A stretch of 64,000 nucleotides of DNA from Planctomycetota bacterium (GCA_036479435.1 JAZGFI010000113.1:25689-89688), one strand, 5' to 3'; positions 53,201-61,838 are shown, counted from the first letter of the stretch. Program-made: numbers and translations. The notes: a model not told the origin generated them from the sequence alone.

Positions 53201-53684
53201 AATCCGCTACATCTGCCTGGAAGGCCCCGAAAGTGGTGTCTACGCTCGGGGAACGGCGAAGCTGGTGAACGGCAAGATCCGAATCAACACTCCTGAGAGT
53301 TTCTCCCTCGTCGCGGCCGCCGAAGGACTTTCGGTGCAGGTCACGGTTATGGGCGACTGCAACGGGGTGTACGTTCCGAAGTCCTCGATGTCGCGCAACG
53401 GTTTTGACATTCAAGAGTTGTTGAACGGCCAGAGCGGAATCGAAGTGAGTTGGATGATCTACGGTGTTCGCCGTGGCTCCGAAGCTTTCGACGCCATCCA
53501 GCCGAATAAGCACTTTGTTCCCAAGGTGTCCGACGAGCCGATGTTCCCGCAGGGACACCCGGCCCGAGCCGTCCTCATTGAACTCGGAATCCTCAACGCG
53601 GACGGCAAGCCGAACGCGACGATGGCCGAGGACATGGGATGGGAACTTAAGACCCGCGCTCAGATGCGCACGCAAAACCGCTAA
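50250..53684 (+). CDS. Putative lipid-anchored beta-helical fibre/adhesin with phage-fibre-type C-terminal domain
   Basis: Basic N-terminus, hydrophobic stretch, TCGGGGGG; about 700 aa of G(N/D)V(T/N)A and TG(A/T)V(T/S)GA(T/S)V repeats; C-terminal KSFIQPHP..YICLEGPESGVYARG. Confidence 0.75.
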   Translation: MRKTLREYGQLGLLFAGFLAGIGLVVTCGGGGGGLQSTPTSTSSTISFVPLDLGMLGIMPGTPLDNVGVPPVLRGVTNVQDALNRINVILSPSLSILSEELANDPLLPPIITPPAMAGQPVVPLTFSRALAGLVRSGNISGPLRADISFSLSCENTGNPDGARVARIFCRDPGGNASGVFEIFEPLVPSGSGNGALLSSTMGMVLPSDIVRVRIDGGDPSISLFSPTGGAGTPPTITLLGNGGNIAANGTITAMGSIASGANVTAAGSVSATNNLIAGGNVNAGSNVNAGGDVTASNDVNAGNDVTAGGNIIATGDVNGTNITASAALNGATVNATGDVTAGGNLVGGDVNATGTVTAANVTASGTVAAAMVMAGVVTGTATVTGGTVNSLGNVSAGTDVTAANNVMASNNVTATNDVIAGGNVTAGGNVVATGDVSGANVNLTGALNADSAVITNGLSATNVTASGTISGGVVATGGTVTASDGGANSVILDAATGSATATGDMSAANFNATGDVNATNLTVTGAIISSNFNGVTSVTAGPAGTPTVTLDGAASSVTAGNDPTAAGLSIGARLDGATGLATLNSATAAALMVGNGTVVTIADQSVDPDGAHALVRAGEKGGAAPDGTGFLEVLDSTQTSVIMLDSEDGMVTAACFLATGGGGPPSIFGSVTMTDLTINTTLDVTGVSTLTGALNANGGAAVTGGLTSDTVSASSTITAMNGANSVTMDGSNGNLTATGNVSATGDMSATNITLTGAVNTTTVVASGAVMSATVAATGAVSGATVSSSAGDIASAAAVTATTSVDATTDVTAGGDVTATGDLNGVNVNASGTVNGAIIASTGAVTGASVTSTGTVTGATVTSTGAVSGATVAATGAVTGGSVTSTGTVAGNAVTSTTTITAGTVVLDAAGTTVAIGANVNADGSAAGSLTVGAVGTAVALDGVAGSITADGDIFSGGTITSTVDFVALGLKSFIQPHPYDPALEIRYICLEGPESGVYARGTAKLVNGKIRINTPESFSLVAAAEGLSVQVTVMGDCNGVYVPKSSMSRNGFDIQELLNGQSGIEVSWMIYGVRRGSEAFDAIQPNKHFVPKVSDEPMFPQGHPARAVLIELGILNADGKPNATMAEDMGWELKTRAQMRTQNR

Positions 53685-53700
53685 CTTAGAACTTGACGAC

Positions 53701-53733
53701 CCGCCGCGCCCCCAAGCGCGGCGGTTTTTTTTT
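53701..53733 (+). terminator. Rho-independent terminator after fibre gene
   Basis: CCGCCGCGC..GCGCGGCGG + T-run. Confidence 0.85.
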
Positions 53734-53979
53734 GACTCGCAAAGGGTGTCCATTCGCGTCAGACCATTTTCACCACCCTTTGCCCACCCAAAGTGCGATA
53801 GGGGCTCGGTCAAGAATAATTTCGCAGGGCTCGCACCCAGACTTGCGTCAGATTCGACCTGGGCGATTGAGTGAGAACCGCAGCATACTTCCTGTATTCG
53901 AGGATTCTTGCGATTGAGAACGGACCGAAGATGGCGCAAAGCTGGGCAGCGAGGATGTGAAATTGTTTTTGACCGAGCT

Positions 53980-55599
53980 CTAAGGCAAGTCGAGCTGCGG
54001 GCGGTCTTCGCGGCGGGCCGGGCGGTCGAGTCTTGAGAGGGTGATCTTGCCGAGCTCGAATAAGTCGCCTCGGATGCGGAGGCGAAGGTCGGCACCACCA
54101 TTTTGTCGGTTGGAGAAACGAGCGTCGTCCAGGATCCAACGCAGCGTCCTTATCTTTGTGGCCTGCTGGCGGCGGTAGAGCGGCGCGCTTTTGTAGGCGC
54201 CATCGCCTGAGGCCCGAGGATCCCAGGAGTCGTATTGAAGCTGTACGGAGCCGCGACCGCCATCGACGAATTCGATTTCGACGCTAAAGGCCAAGGCGCT
54301 GCGATTGGCGAATTCATCGGCGATTCCGAAGTAGAGGTAGCGGTCGCCAGGACCGGGGCTGGCGACGAAACGGCGTTCGCCTATCGACTGGCGCTTGAAG
54401 GGGCCGTCGGCTTCTTGGGCCAAGCGCAAACCCTCACCCAAGACGCCGGCGTGAAGTGCCGCCGAAAAATTGACGGCATTGGACTGCCCTTTTGATTTCC
54501 ACCAACCGGTGTCTGGGCGCGCCAAAGGATCGGGGTGAGTGAGACGGATCGGCTTTGAAACGTCGGGCAGCAGGTGCGCGCGGAGCCTCTTGCCCATGTG
54601 GCGTGTTAGTTCGATGTAATTGTCTTGGTATTCGGCGCAGTCGGCGATGCCGGTGCCACGGCGAAAATCGTTCCAGGAGTCGATCAGGACCAAGGCGGGC
54701 AAAGCCAAGAGCGCTTGGTTCCAACTGTGCTGGTACCAACGGGTTTTCTCGCGGTCTCTAATCGGCGTCCCTTTGCCGGCGAGACGGGTGTCGTTGTAGC
54801 CGGGGCCGATCACCTTGACCGCGGCGTCTTTACCGGGTCCGAGGAGCGCGGCCTCGTTGGACCAGTTTGCGGGCGCGCGGGCCCGCCAGGACCGCTCCGC
54901 GATGATGAACAAGTGCTTTTTCTCCGCCGCGAAGACGGCGTCGTTCAGGGTCTGCAAAATCTTGCTTTCGTGCCTCGATCCCCAAGTCGGCCCGAGGAGC
55001 AGGGGCAAGAAACCGTCCATCGTGAAGCGGTGTGCGGGCGGCACTAGCTTGTAAAAAGCTAGGATGCGGCTTTGAAATTCACGGCTGAGTTTGGCCGAGT
55101 TCAGGTCTGGTTGAGGACCGGCCTTGTTCACCAAGAGATCACTAGTGTCGAAGTAAAGGGCTATCAAAGGGGGCTGGCCGCCTGCCGCCAGGATTAGGGA
55201 CCGAGCTTTCACCAGGGCGCGAATACGCATCGCCTCGTCGCTTCCGCTTCCGCCGCAAAAGCGCGGCAAGACACAGTCGATCTCGGCCTCCATCATTTGC
55301 TCAAGTTCGCCTTCGTGCCACTTGACGCTAAGGCCGTCCACTTTCTGCGGGGAACGAAAATGCTGGTGCAAGGCATCACTCCCGTCGGGGTTGGTGAAGC
55401 CGAGTTTTGGATAGCGGAAATTGGATTCGTAGAGGACGCCGAGTTTTGGCTCGACGAGCCGTTTCTGCTCGGGCTTTTTGCCGCCGGGGTTAGATGGCTT
55501 AGATTGCGCCACAAGGTTCGTCGGGAATTGGGGCAAGGCTAAGATGGCGCTCAGGATTGCTAGCCAGATGGCGCCCTTGGAGAAGATAGAAGGTGTCAT
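53980..55599 (-). CDS. Secreted DUF5010/GH99-like protein with C-terminal beta-sandwich, catalytic motif degenerate
   Basis: WH..ELEQMMEAEIDCVLP, IALYFDT, GPGYND, IDSWNDFRRGT; YLYF..LQYDS..RQNGGADLR. Confidence 0.65.
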   Translation of the reverse strand: MTPSIFSKGAIWLAILSAILALPQFPTNLVAQSKPSNPGGKKPEQKRLVEPKLGVLYESNFRYPKLGFTNPDGSDALHQHFRSPQKVDGLSVKWHEGELEQMMEAEIDCVLPRFCGGSGSDEAMRIRALVKARSLILAAGGQPPLIALYFDTSDLLVNKAGPQPDLNSAKLSREFQSRILAFYKLVPPAHRFTMDGFLPLLLGPTWGSRHESKILQTLNDAVFAAEKKHLFIIAERSWRARAPANWSNEAALLGPGKDAAVKVIGPGYNDTRLAGKGTPIRDREKTRWYQHSWNQALLALPALVLIDSWNDFRRGTGIADCAEYQDNYIELTRHMGKRLRAHLLPDVSKPIRLTHPDPLARPDTGWWKSKGQSNAVNFSAALHAGVLGEGLRLAQEADGPFKRQSIGERRFVASPGPGDRYLYFGIADEFANRSALAFSVEIEFVDGGRGSVQLQYDSWDPRASGDGAYKSAPLYRRQQATKIRTLRWILDDARFSNRQNGGADLRLRIRGDLFELGKITLSRLDRPARREDRPQLDLP

Positions 55600-55642
55600 G
55601 AGGGCTTCGACCACCAAAGAGTCGCTTTCTTGCGGGTAATTT

Positions 55643-56302
55643 CTAGATGAGGTCGCCTTCAGCGGCAATGGCCTCGCGCAGAGGAACCATGAGCCGACCC
55701 CAGATCATAAGCAAGTGGACGAAAACCCCTGCGGCGCCGCACAACAGTACGAATCCCGGAGTGAGGGGGCCTTTTTTCGTCACGGGGAGTACTTCGACGG
55801 ACTTGCCGAGCAAAAAGACCGGGGCGCGGTCGGCCAAAACTGAGGCATCGGTTCCGGTAAGGCTGGCTTGGAACTTGTATTTCTCACCAGCAGTGACCTC
55901 GAGTTTCGATTCGTGAAGAATCCAGCGCGCCCGTGATTCTTCGACTCGGCTCGCGATGTATTCCAGTTTTTTTAGCACGCGGCTCTCTTCGATTTTGGGG
56001 TCGCTGGCGCTGTGCCACCTTAGCGCCAGCGAAAGAGCGGGGGCGTCGTTTTTTTGGAGCCAACTCAATAGCTCGGAGGCATCGCCTTCGCCTCCGACCT
56101 CGATGGCAAAACGCAAGTCGGCTTCACCGTCGGCCGCGGCTTCGATTTCTATCTCCGCCGAGATGCCGTCTTCAATCGCGAGTTCCGTAGCCGCAAACGG
56201 CGGAGGTGGCGGGTCCGACGCGAGCTTGCCGGCCTTTCCCGTCCAGACCATGCCGACAGCCAAGGCGACCCAGCAGGCGAGCGCCACGGCAGTCCGCAAC
56301 AT
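55643..56302 (-). CDS. Hypothetical membrane protein (N- and C-terminal TMs)
   Basis: Two terminal hydrophobic segments; starts just after amidohydrolase stop. Confidence 0.6.
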   Translation of the reverse strand: MLRTAVALACWVALAVGMVWTGKAGKLASDPPPPPFAATELAIEDGISAEIEIEAAADGEADLRFAIEVGGEGDASELLSWLQKNDAPALSLALRWHSASDPKIEESRVLKKLEYIASRVEESRARWILHESKLEVTAGEKYKFQASLTGTDASVLADRAPVFLLGKSVEVLPVTKKGPLTPGFVLLCGAAGVFVHLLMIWGRLMVPLREAIAAEGDLI

Positions 56303-56304
56303 CT

Positions 56305-57585
56305 TCACCCTTCGACCGCCGCGTCGGTTTCGTTGCTGCCCGCCATCGCGCCCCAAAGCTGTTCGGCTCCTTGGCGAATGAGGGGCGCGAGTTTGCGCGT
56401 GTCAATTTCGGGGAATCGGCCGCGCTGGTAGCAAAGCGTGCCGTCAATCATGACGGCATCGATGTGGCGAGCCCCCATGCCGAAAAGGAGGTGTTCGGCG
56501 ATGTTGTCCGAGTGAATGGGGGTGCGCGGGTGATAGTCCAAAATCACAAAATCGGCTCCGGCGTCGCGACGCGTTGAGCCAAGCTCGACTCCTAAGAGCT
56601 CCGATGCGAGTTGCTGCCCACCGACCAACATGCGGATCGCGGCTTTTGCATTCATGTTCTGCCCGCGACTGAGCGCTTGATCGTGGGCAGCCCGTGCCTC
56701 TGCCAACATGTCGCTCGGCCAGCCGGCGGTGCCGAGGGCTACGAACTCGCCGAAGTTTTCATGGGGAGCGGAGCAAAGTCCCATGCGTGCATCGGCAACG
56801 GGACAGTGGATGAGCCAAGCGCGGGCCTCGCGCAGCAGCCTAGTTTCCTCTTCGTCGAGGTGAACCCCGTGAGCGATCAAGGTGCGTTGGCCAAGCAAAC
56901 CTCGCGCGTGAAGCGCGCGAATGCCGCTGTCGGCACCCCGGACTTTGCCGCCCACGATGTGAAGGCCTGTCGAGCTGTCTTGGACGGCCTCGGCGAGATC
57001 GTTCAGTTCTTCTTCGCTAAAAGCCGCCACTTCATCGAGACCAAAGAGACCGGCGACGCGGTCATTTTTGTTTTCTCGGGTAAAGCGGCGGTTTTCTTGG
57101 AAGCCCTCCTGCTTTTGGTCCGGGTCGTCCCGGCCCTCGCTGGCGTAGCTCAAGATGGCGCGAAGGCCGCAAGTACCTAAGACGTCGCGAATCAGATCCA
57201 AGGACCCAGAGATTTCCGCCGGGGATCGGTGCAGATCCAAGAGCGTCGTCGTGCCACAGCGGATCGCGTCCAGGGCGTAACTGAAAGCAGCCGTCACCAC
57301 GGTTTCTGACCGCAGGGCCCCATCGAGTCGGTCGCGATAATTCTGCTCGCCCTTAAAGTGGGGCATGCCCAGGGTTTGGGCATAGTCCAGCTCAGAATGG
57401 GCGTTTACGAGGCCAGGGAGGATGAATCGCCCTCGGCAATCGATGACGCGCGCCCCCGGAGGGGCTGACAAGGCTCGGCCCCGCTCGACGACTCGCCCGT
57501 CGTGCACCAATAAGTCCAGGGGCTCGATTCTAAGCGGCTCAAGACCGATCAAATTGCCGTTGCGAAGAAGAGTACTGCTCGTCAC
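56305..57585 (-). CDS. SsnA-like amidohydrolase, metal ligands degenerate
   Basis: IDCRGRFILPGLVNAH, CGTTTLLD, LIAHGVHL, GADFVIL, VMIDG. Confidence 0.85.
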   Translation of the reverse strand: MTSSTLLRNGNLIGLEPLRIEPLDLLVHDGRVVERGRALSAPPGARVIDCRGRFILPGLVNAHSELDYAQTLGMPHFKGEQNYRDRLDGALRSETVVTAAFSYALDAIRCGTTTLLDLHRSPAEISGSLDLIRDVLGTCGLRAILSYASEGRDDPDQKQEGFQENRRFTRENKNDRVAGLFGLDEVAAFSEEELNDLAEAVQDSSTGLHIVGGKVRGADSGIRALHARGLLGQRTLIAHGVHLDEEETRLLREARAWLIHCPVADARMGLCSAPHENFGEFVALGTAGWPSDMLAEARAAHDQALSRGQNMNAKAAIRMLVGGQQLASELLGVELGSTRRDAGADFVILDYHPRTPIHSDNIAEHLLFGMGARHIDAVMIDGTLCYQRGRFPEIDTRKLAPLIRQGAEQLWGAMAGSNETDAAVEG

Positions 57586-57702
57586 GCCATGCGCCCCAAC
57601 TGGAAACTTGAGATTTGCCGGCTAGTCCGACGCTGAATTGTGCGAATTCCCGTCTTATGCGGCAAGGTACCCACCGGCGGCGCTCGCCGTTATGATGGAG
57701 AT

Positions 57703-59712
57703 ATGACGAGCCGTGAAGAAATACGACTAATTCCTCGCGCGATCTGGGTCCTGATCCTAGCCTGTTTGGCGGTAAGCTCCGCCACGGAGGCAATGGCTCA
57801 AAGCGAGCCTTTGATCGTCGGATTCTCGGACTATCTTGACGAGCGCAGTCAAGCTAAGGGGATGGCCCGCTGTCTTCAGGACGTTCGCGGTATTGAGGCC
57901 ATTCAATTTGATCCCGCCAAGACGGCGAGCTTGGACGCTCGGCAGTGCGATGTGGTCGTGCTTTCGTCTTTCGTCGAACGCCATCGGAATTGGAACCGCT
58001 TTTGGCGAGCGCAATCAAAGAGCGTCTACGATATGGTGCGCCGCGGTGGGGTCTTGATCGCTTTTTGCCGCTATCGCAAGGCTGATGACCCCAGTTCACC
58101 GGATTCGCGATTGCGCTTGGAGCCTCCGGGCTATGAGGTCGCTCGGGGGAAACTAGATCCCAAGATGCTCTACGTCGAAGGCAATTCGCACCCGATTTGG
58201 GATTCCTTTGCCGGGCGTGGTGACGCTCGCGGCATCAAGAGCCTCAAGAGTACGCGGGTCGCGGATCGCAAGCGCTTTGCTCTCGATTGTTTTGACTCTT
58301 GGGACACCTCCAAATGGAAGGTGGGCATCAGTAGCGATCGCAGAGTTCGTCGCGGGGATGCCGCCGCCTTGCAGGCCCGCTATGGCCGGGGCGAAATCAT
58401 CTTGCTGCAGCTTATTCTGGATAAGGCGGAGGGCGCCAACGCCGACGCTTCCGACGCCGTTCGCCGCGACCTTTTTGCCAACATCTTTCGTTGGGCTAAG
58501 AGCCGGCCGCGTCTCAAAAAACCGGCAAAGCGTCAACCGAAAGTCGTACCTGATCCAAAACAGGGTGGGCGCCAGCCGCTCGTTCCCCTGCCGGTCGTCG
58601 TCCCGAAAGACCCGAAGCCGAGGCGGGTCGACCCTCCCAAGATCTTTGAAAGACTCCGGATTGACGGCCGCGTTTTCCTCGATGCGAATCGCAACGGTTT
58701 TTTCGACGCGGGTGAACGCGTGTTCTTCGAGCAATTGCTCAGCGACCAAGTGAAAACCTGGAAGACCGGAGGCGATGGGCGCTATCAGGTCGACGTCCAA
58801 AGGACCGGCGGCCGCTCGTTTTACCTAGAGATTCCCGGTGGTTTTGAGATGCTGGACAAACGTCCCTGGTACCGCGACATTACTGGTCCTGACGCGCGTG
58901 CGACCTTGCGTCTCGATTTCCCCCTCGTTCCGCGCCGCTCAGAACCTTCCTCGACTTCCGAAGGCAAACTCGAAGACCGTGTCTTGTTTGTTCGGGTACC
59001 CAATCTCGAATCCTCTGAACGCAGCGCGGCCTTCGAGCGGGCACTGCAGGAAATGATCTTGGTACATCGTCCCCGCGACCTGGTGGTGATGGTCGTCGAC
59101 ATTCCGACCTCCAGCCTCTTGAAGACGCGCATGACTTTCGATCGAATTCTTCGGGCCACCGGCCTTCCGATCTACGTCGCAGTACCGAACACCGGGCGCC
59201 TTCAGGGCGTGGGTAATTCCTCTCTGGCGGGCCCGGAACGATTTTCCCGGGGCATGCGCAACGGCAAGATGGTGTTTTTGGGCCGCAATCGGCTGCCGAC
59301 GGCTTGGAGACTATGGGCCACTCGTCAGCCACAACAGGCCCTTCTCGTCAGTGGAGAACTCTTGATGGAGAGTTCCGAGTCACAGCTCGCGGGGCGTATT
59401 TTGGTGGCTCCAGCTCGCGATGCGGCAGATCTGTCGCAGCCCGATCGGCCCCGTGTGCCGTCGTTTTCGGTTCCTGGCTCAAAAGCTCGGGCCTTGCTGA
59501 TGACTTGGAGAAAATCCCAGCCTCCGCGTTTTGAGCTTTTGGGCGGCGTCGTGACGGCGCGCGTCCCGGCCGGCGATTCGGGCCAAAAGACGGGAGCCAA
59601 AGAAGAACCGGCGAAGCAACCAGATCCCGCTCCCAAGCTTGATCTGCCTCCGCACCCCTTGATTCAAGGCAGCCTGGAAGCGGCCCTGGAGGCAGCTCTG
59701 CGCGATTCTTGA
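57703..59712 (+). CDS. Secreted multidomain protein with MetallophosN-like domain and degenerate phosphoesterase-like domain
   Basis: Signal peptide, Pro/Lys linker, GRVFLDANRNGFFDAGE..SD..TGGDGRY..PGGF..WY..DFPL. Confidence 0.6.
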   Translation: MTSREEIRLIPRAIWVLILACLAVSSATEAMAQSEPLIVGFSDYLDERSQAKGMARCLQDVRGIEAIQFDPAKTASLDARQCDVVVLSSFVERHRNWNRFWRAQSKSVYDMVRRGGVLIAFCRYRKADDPSSPDSRLRLEPPGYEVARGKLDPKMLYVEGNSHPIWDSFAGRGDARGIKSLKSTRVADRKRFALDCFDSWDTSKWKVGISSDRRVRRGDAAALQARYGRGEIILLQLILDKAEGANADASDAVRRDLFANIFRWAKSRPRLKKPAKRQPKVVPDPKQGGRQPLVPLPVVVPKDPKPRRVDPPKIFERLRIDGRVFLDANRNGFFDAGERVFFEQLLSDQVKTWKTGGDGRYQVDVQRTGGRSFYLEIPGGFEMLDKRPWYRDITGPDARATLRLDFPLVPRRSEPSSTSEGKLEDRVLFVRVPNLESSERSAAFERALQEMILVHRPRDLVVMVVDIPTSSLLKTRMTFDRILRATGLPIYVAVPNTGRLQGVGNSSLAGPERFSRGMRNGKMVFLGRNRLPTAWRLWATRQPQQALLVSGELLMESSESQLAGRILVAPARDAADLSQPDRPRVPSFSVPGSKARALLMTWRKSQPPRFELLGGVVTARVPAGDSGQKTGAKEEPAKQPDPAPKLDLPPHPLIQGSLEAALEAALRDS

Positions 59713-59747
59713 GGTCACCGGGGACGCAAGAACCCAAAGAGCTTTTC

Positions 59748-59776
59748 TTGCGAGCGGCCAAGGCTGCCCCTATCAT
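59748..59776 (+). promoter_or_regulatory. Candidate sigma70 promoter TTGCGA-N17-TATCAT
   Basis: Upstream of the AGGAG RBS of the ferredoxin. Confidence 0.55.
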
Positions 59777-59807
59777 GCGCGCGACCTTGTTTTAGGAGAC
59801 CAAGAGC

Positions 59808-60038
59808 ATGGCCGATCCCCAAGATAAATGGGACGACAACGCGCCGGGAAAATTTTACGTCGACAAAGAGTGCATCCTGTGCTCGCTTTGTGTTGACCTT
59901 GCCCCCGACTCATTCAAAGAAAGCGATGAGGGCGACCACGATGTTGTCTTTAAGCAACCGGAATCAGAGGACGAGACTCAGGCCGCGGTAGAAGCGATGG
60001 AGCAGTGTCCAGTGAATGCGATTGGCGATGACGGCTGA
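59808..60038 (+). CDS. Monocluster [4Fe-4S] ferredoxin
   Basis: CILCSLC..AP.SF..CPVNAI; acidic. Confidence 0.92.
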   Translation: MADPQDKWDDNAPGKFYVDKECILCSLCVDLAPDSFKESDEGDHDVVFKQPESEDETQAAVEAMEQCPVNAIGDDG

Positions 60039-60076
60039 CCTGCGGCGCATAAGCCGAGACTAGTGAATTTCATGAG

Positions 60077-60107
60077 ATGGCTCGGTGTAATCCGAGCCGT
60101 TTTTTTT
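60077..60107 (+). terminator. Rho-independent terminator after ferredoxin
   Basis: ATGGCTCGG..CCGAGCCGT + T-run. Confidence 0.8.
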
Positions 60108-60186
60108 GGGCAAAGCAGCGCGAAAGCGGAGCTCCAAAAGGACAGTTGCGGTACGATCTGCTCAAATCTCAGACTTGGTCCCCATC

Positions 60187-61104
60187 ATGCCGCATCACTT
60201 TGACGAAGAACTCATTGGCCAACGCATCGGCCCCGACAGCCGCTACCTCATTAAGAGACGCTTGGGCGAGGGCGGCACCGGCGTGGTCTTTCTTGCAGTG
60301 GAAGAGGAAAAGGGCCGTGAGATTGCCATCAAGTTCCTGGTCGACGGCGTTGATGACGCGGAGGTCATTCGCCGCTTCAAATTAGAAGGTCAACGTTTCA
60401 GCAAGATCAAGCATCCGAATATCGTGCGGGTCTATGGCATGGGGCGCGCCAAGAACATGCTCTACATCGCCAGCGAGTATGTTTCCGGCCTGAATCTCTA
60501 CGACTACATGGCAGAGCGTGGGCGCCCTGACATCGACCGCGGGCTGGCGATCATTGCGGATGTCGCCAGTGGCTTGGCATCAGCGCATGAACTCGGCGTT
60601 ATTCACCGCGATCTCAAGCCCGAGAATGTCATGATAAACAACGAGGCCCAGGTGAAGATCCTCGACTTCGGCATTGCCAAGGACTTGAATGCCTCGGTGG
60701 CGTTGACGGTCAAGGGTGCCTACATCGGAACGCCCGCCTATAGCGCACCCGAACAAGTCAAGGGGCTTGCGATCGACTACCGCGCCGACATCTTTTCACT
60801 CGGCGTCATGCTGTATGAGCTGGTTACCGGCGAGCTGCCGTTCAAAGGCAAGCGAACGACGGAGATCTTGCTCAACACGATCAAGGTCGATCCGATCAAC
60901 CCCTCGCGCATCAACAAGGACGTTTCAGCGCCGGTTGCTAAATTGATCGCCCGCATGATCGCCAAGAAGCCCAAGAGCCGGATCTCATCATGCGCGGACG
61001 TCTCAGACGAAATTGCCGGCGTTCGTCGCCATCTTGCGGGTCACTATTCCGGCGAAGAGCGCAGTGGTGTCGTCGGTTTCTTGAAGGACATCTTTGGAAA
61101 CTGA
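60187..61104 (+). CDS. Cytoplasmic Ser/Thr protein kinase
   Basis: GEGGTG, IAIK, HRDLKPEN, DFG, GTPAYSAPE; no TM; start uncertain. Confidence 0.93.
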   Translation: MPHHFDEELIGQRIGPDSRYLIKRRLGEGGTGVVFLAVEEEKGREIAIKFLVDGVDDAEVIRRFKLEGQRFSKIKHPNIVRVYGMGRAKNMLYIASEYVSGLNLYDYMAERGRPDIDRGLAIIADVASGLASAHELGVIHRDLKPENVMINNEAQVKILDFGIAKDLNASVALTVKGAYIGTPAYSAPEQVKGLAIDYRADIFSLGVMLYELVTGELPFKGKRTTEILLNTIKVDPINPSRINKDVSAPVAKLIARMIAKKPKSRISSCADVSDEIAGVRRHLAGHYSGEERSGVVGFLKDIFGN

Positions 61105-61107
61105 ATT

Positions 61108-61593
61108 CTAAGCTGCGAGCTCTACATTGTCGCGAAACAACTCGCCTAGGATTTCCCGGTTCTTCTTGGTCACCGGAATGTCGAGCGTCTTGGGCGCAGG
61201 CCAGCGTTTGGGGCGATGTTCGGGGTGCGGCGCCACTTTTAACTTAGAGTCTGAAATCTGATAGGACTCGATGTGGTCCCAATCGAGGTAGAGGTCATAC
61301 GACCCAAACATGACCCCCTTCGTGGTCACGAAGATATGCGTGTAGCCGTAGCGAGTGCGCGACAAGACGCGATCCCATATCATCCACAGCAGTCCGCCGA
61401 TGACCGAAATGCGGAGCGGCATGGTCGCTTCATTGTGGCCGCTGAGGGTCCACCAGATCAGGGCGGCGCAGGCCGCAGCGAAAACCAGGCCTTTTAGTAC
61501 CTGGACCGTGTTTTGCGCCAAGAGGGGCAAAACACCGAGGCGGCGGTTGATCCGGAGGCTAACGTAGACCACGGGAAGCTCAGTTGTATCCAT
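61108..61593 (-). CDS. Small membrane protein (2 TM + soluble beta domain)
   Basis: Two TMs then HIFVTTKGVMFG..LDWDHIESYQI. Confidence 0.65.
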   Translation of the reverse strand: MDTTELPVVYVSLRINRRLGVLPLLAQNTVQVLKGLVFAAACAALIWWTLSGHNEATMPLRISVIGGLLWMIWDRVLSRTRYGYTHIFVTTKGVMFGSYDLYLDWDHIESYQISDSKLKVAPHPEHRPKRWPAPKTLDIPVTKKNREILGELFRDNVELAA

Positions 61594-61838
61594 GGAGTCG
61601 ATGGCTCCCGATTGTGTCTGGGGCTGAAATCGCCGCTTCAGGGCGTCGCAGGAAATGCTAACACCTGTAGCCTAAGTCTCTATCAGATCGTGCTTTGACG
61701 ACAGTGCGGGGGTCTGCGGTCCTTGTAGCTAACTCCTCTTGGTGCTAACTATCGACCCGACTAAGACGGCCTGCCGAATCTTCCCGACAAGGCAGGCCCT
61801 TTGAATTCATCCGGGCCCAACCCGGCCCCTGAAAATGG

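Noticed and set aside
50250..53684. Prophage or tailocin/eCIS remnant
   Set aside because: No capsid, sheath, tube, baseplate, integrase or lysis genes nearby; the gene has an export signal and its own terminator
39036..53733. Genomic island integrated at tRNA-Cys
   Set aside because: No integrase, no duplicated tRNA 3' end noticed, and no obvious compositional shift
60106..60186. N-terminal extension of the kinase from TTG 60106
   Set aside because: That start lies in the terminator U-tract; ATG 60187 is more plausible
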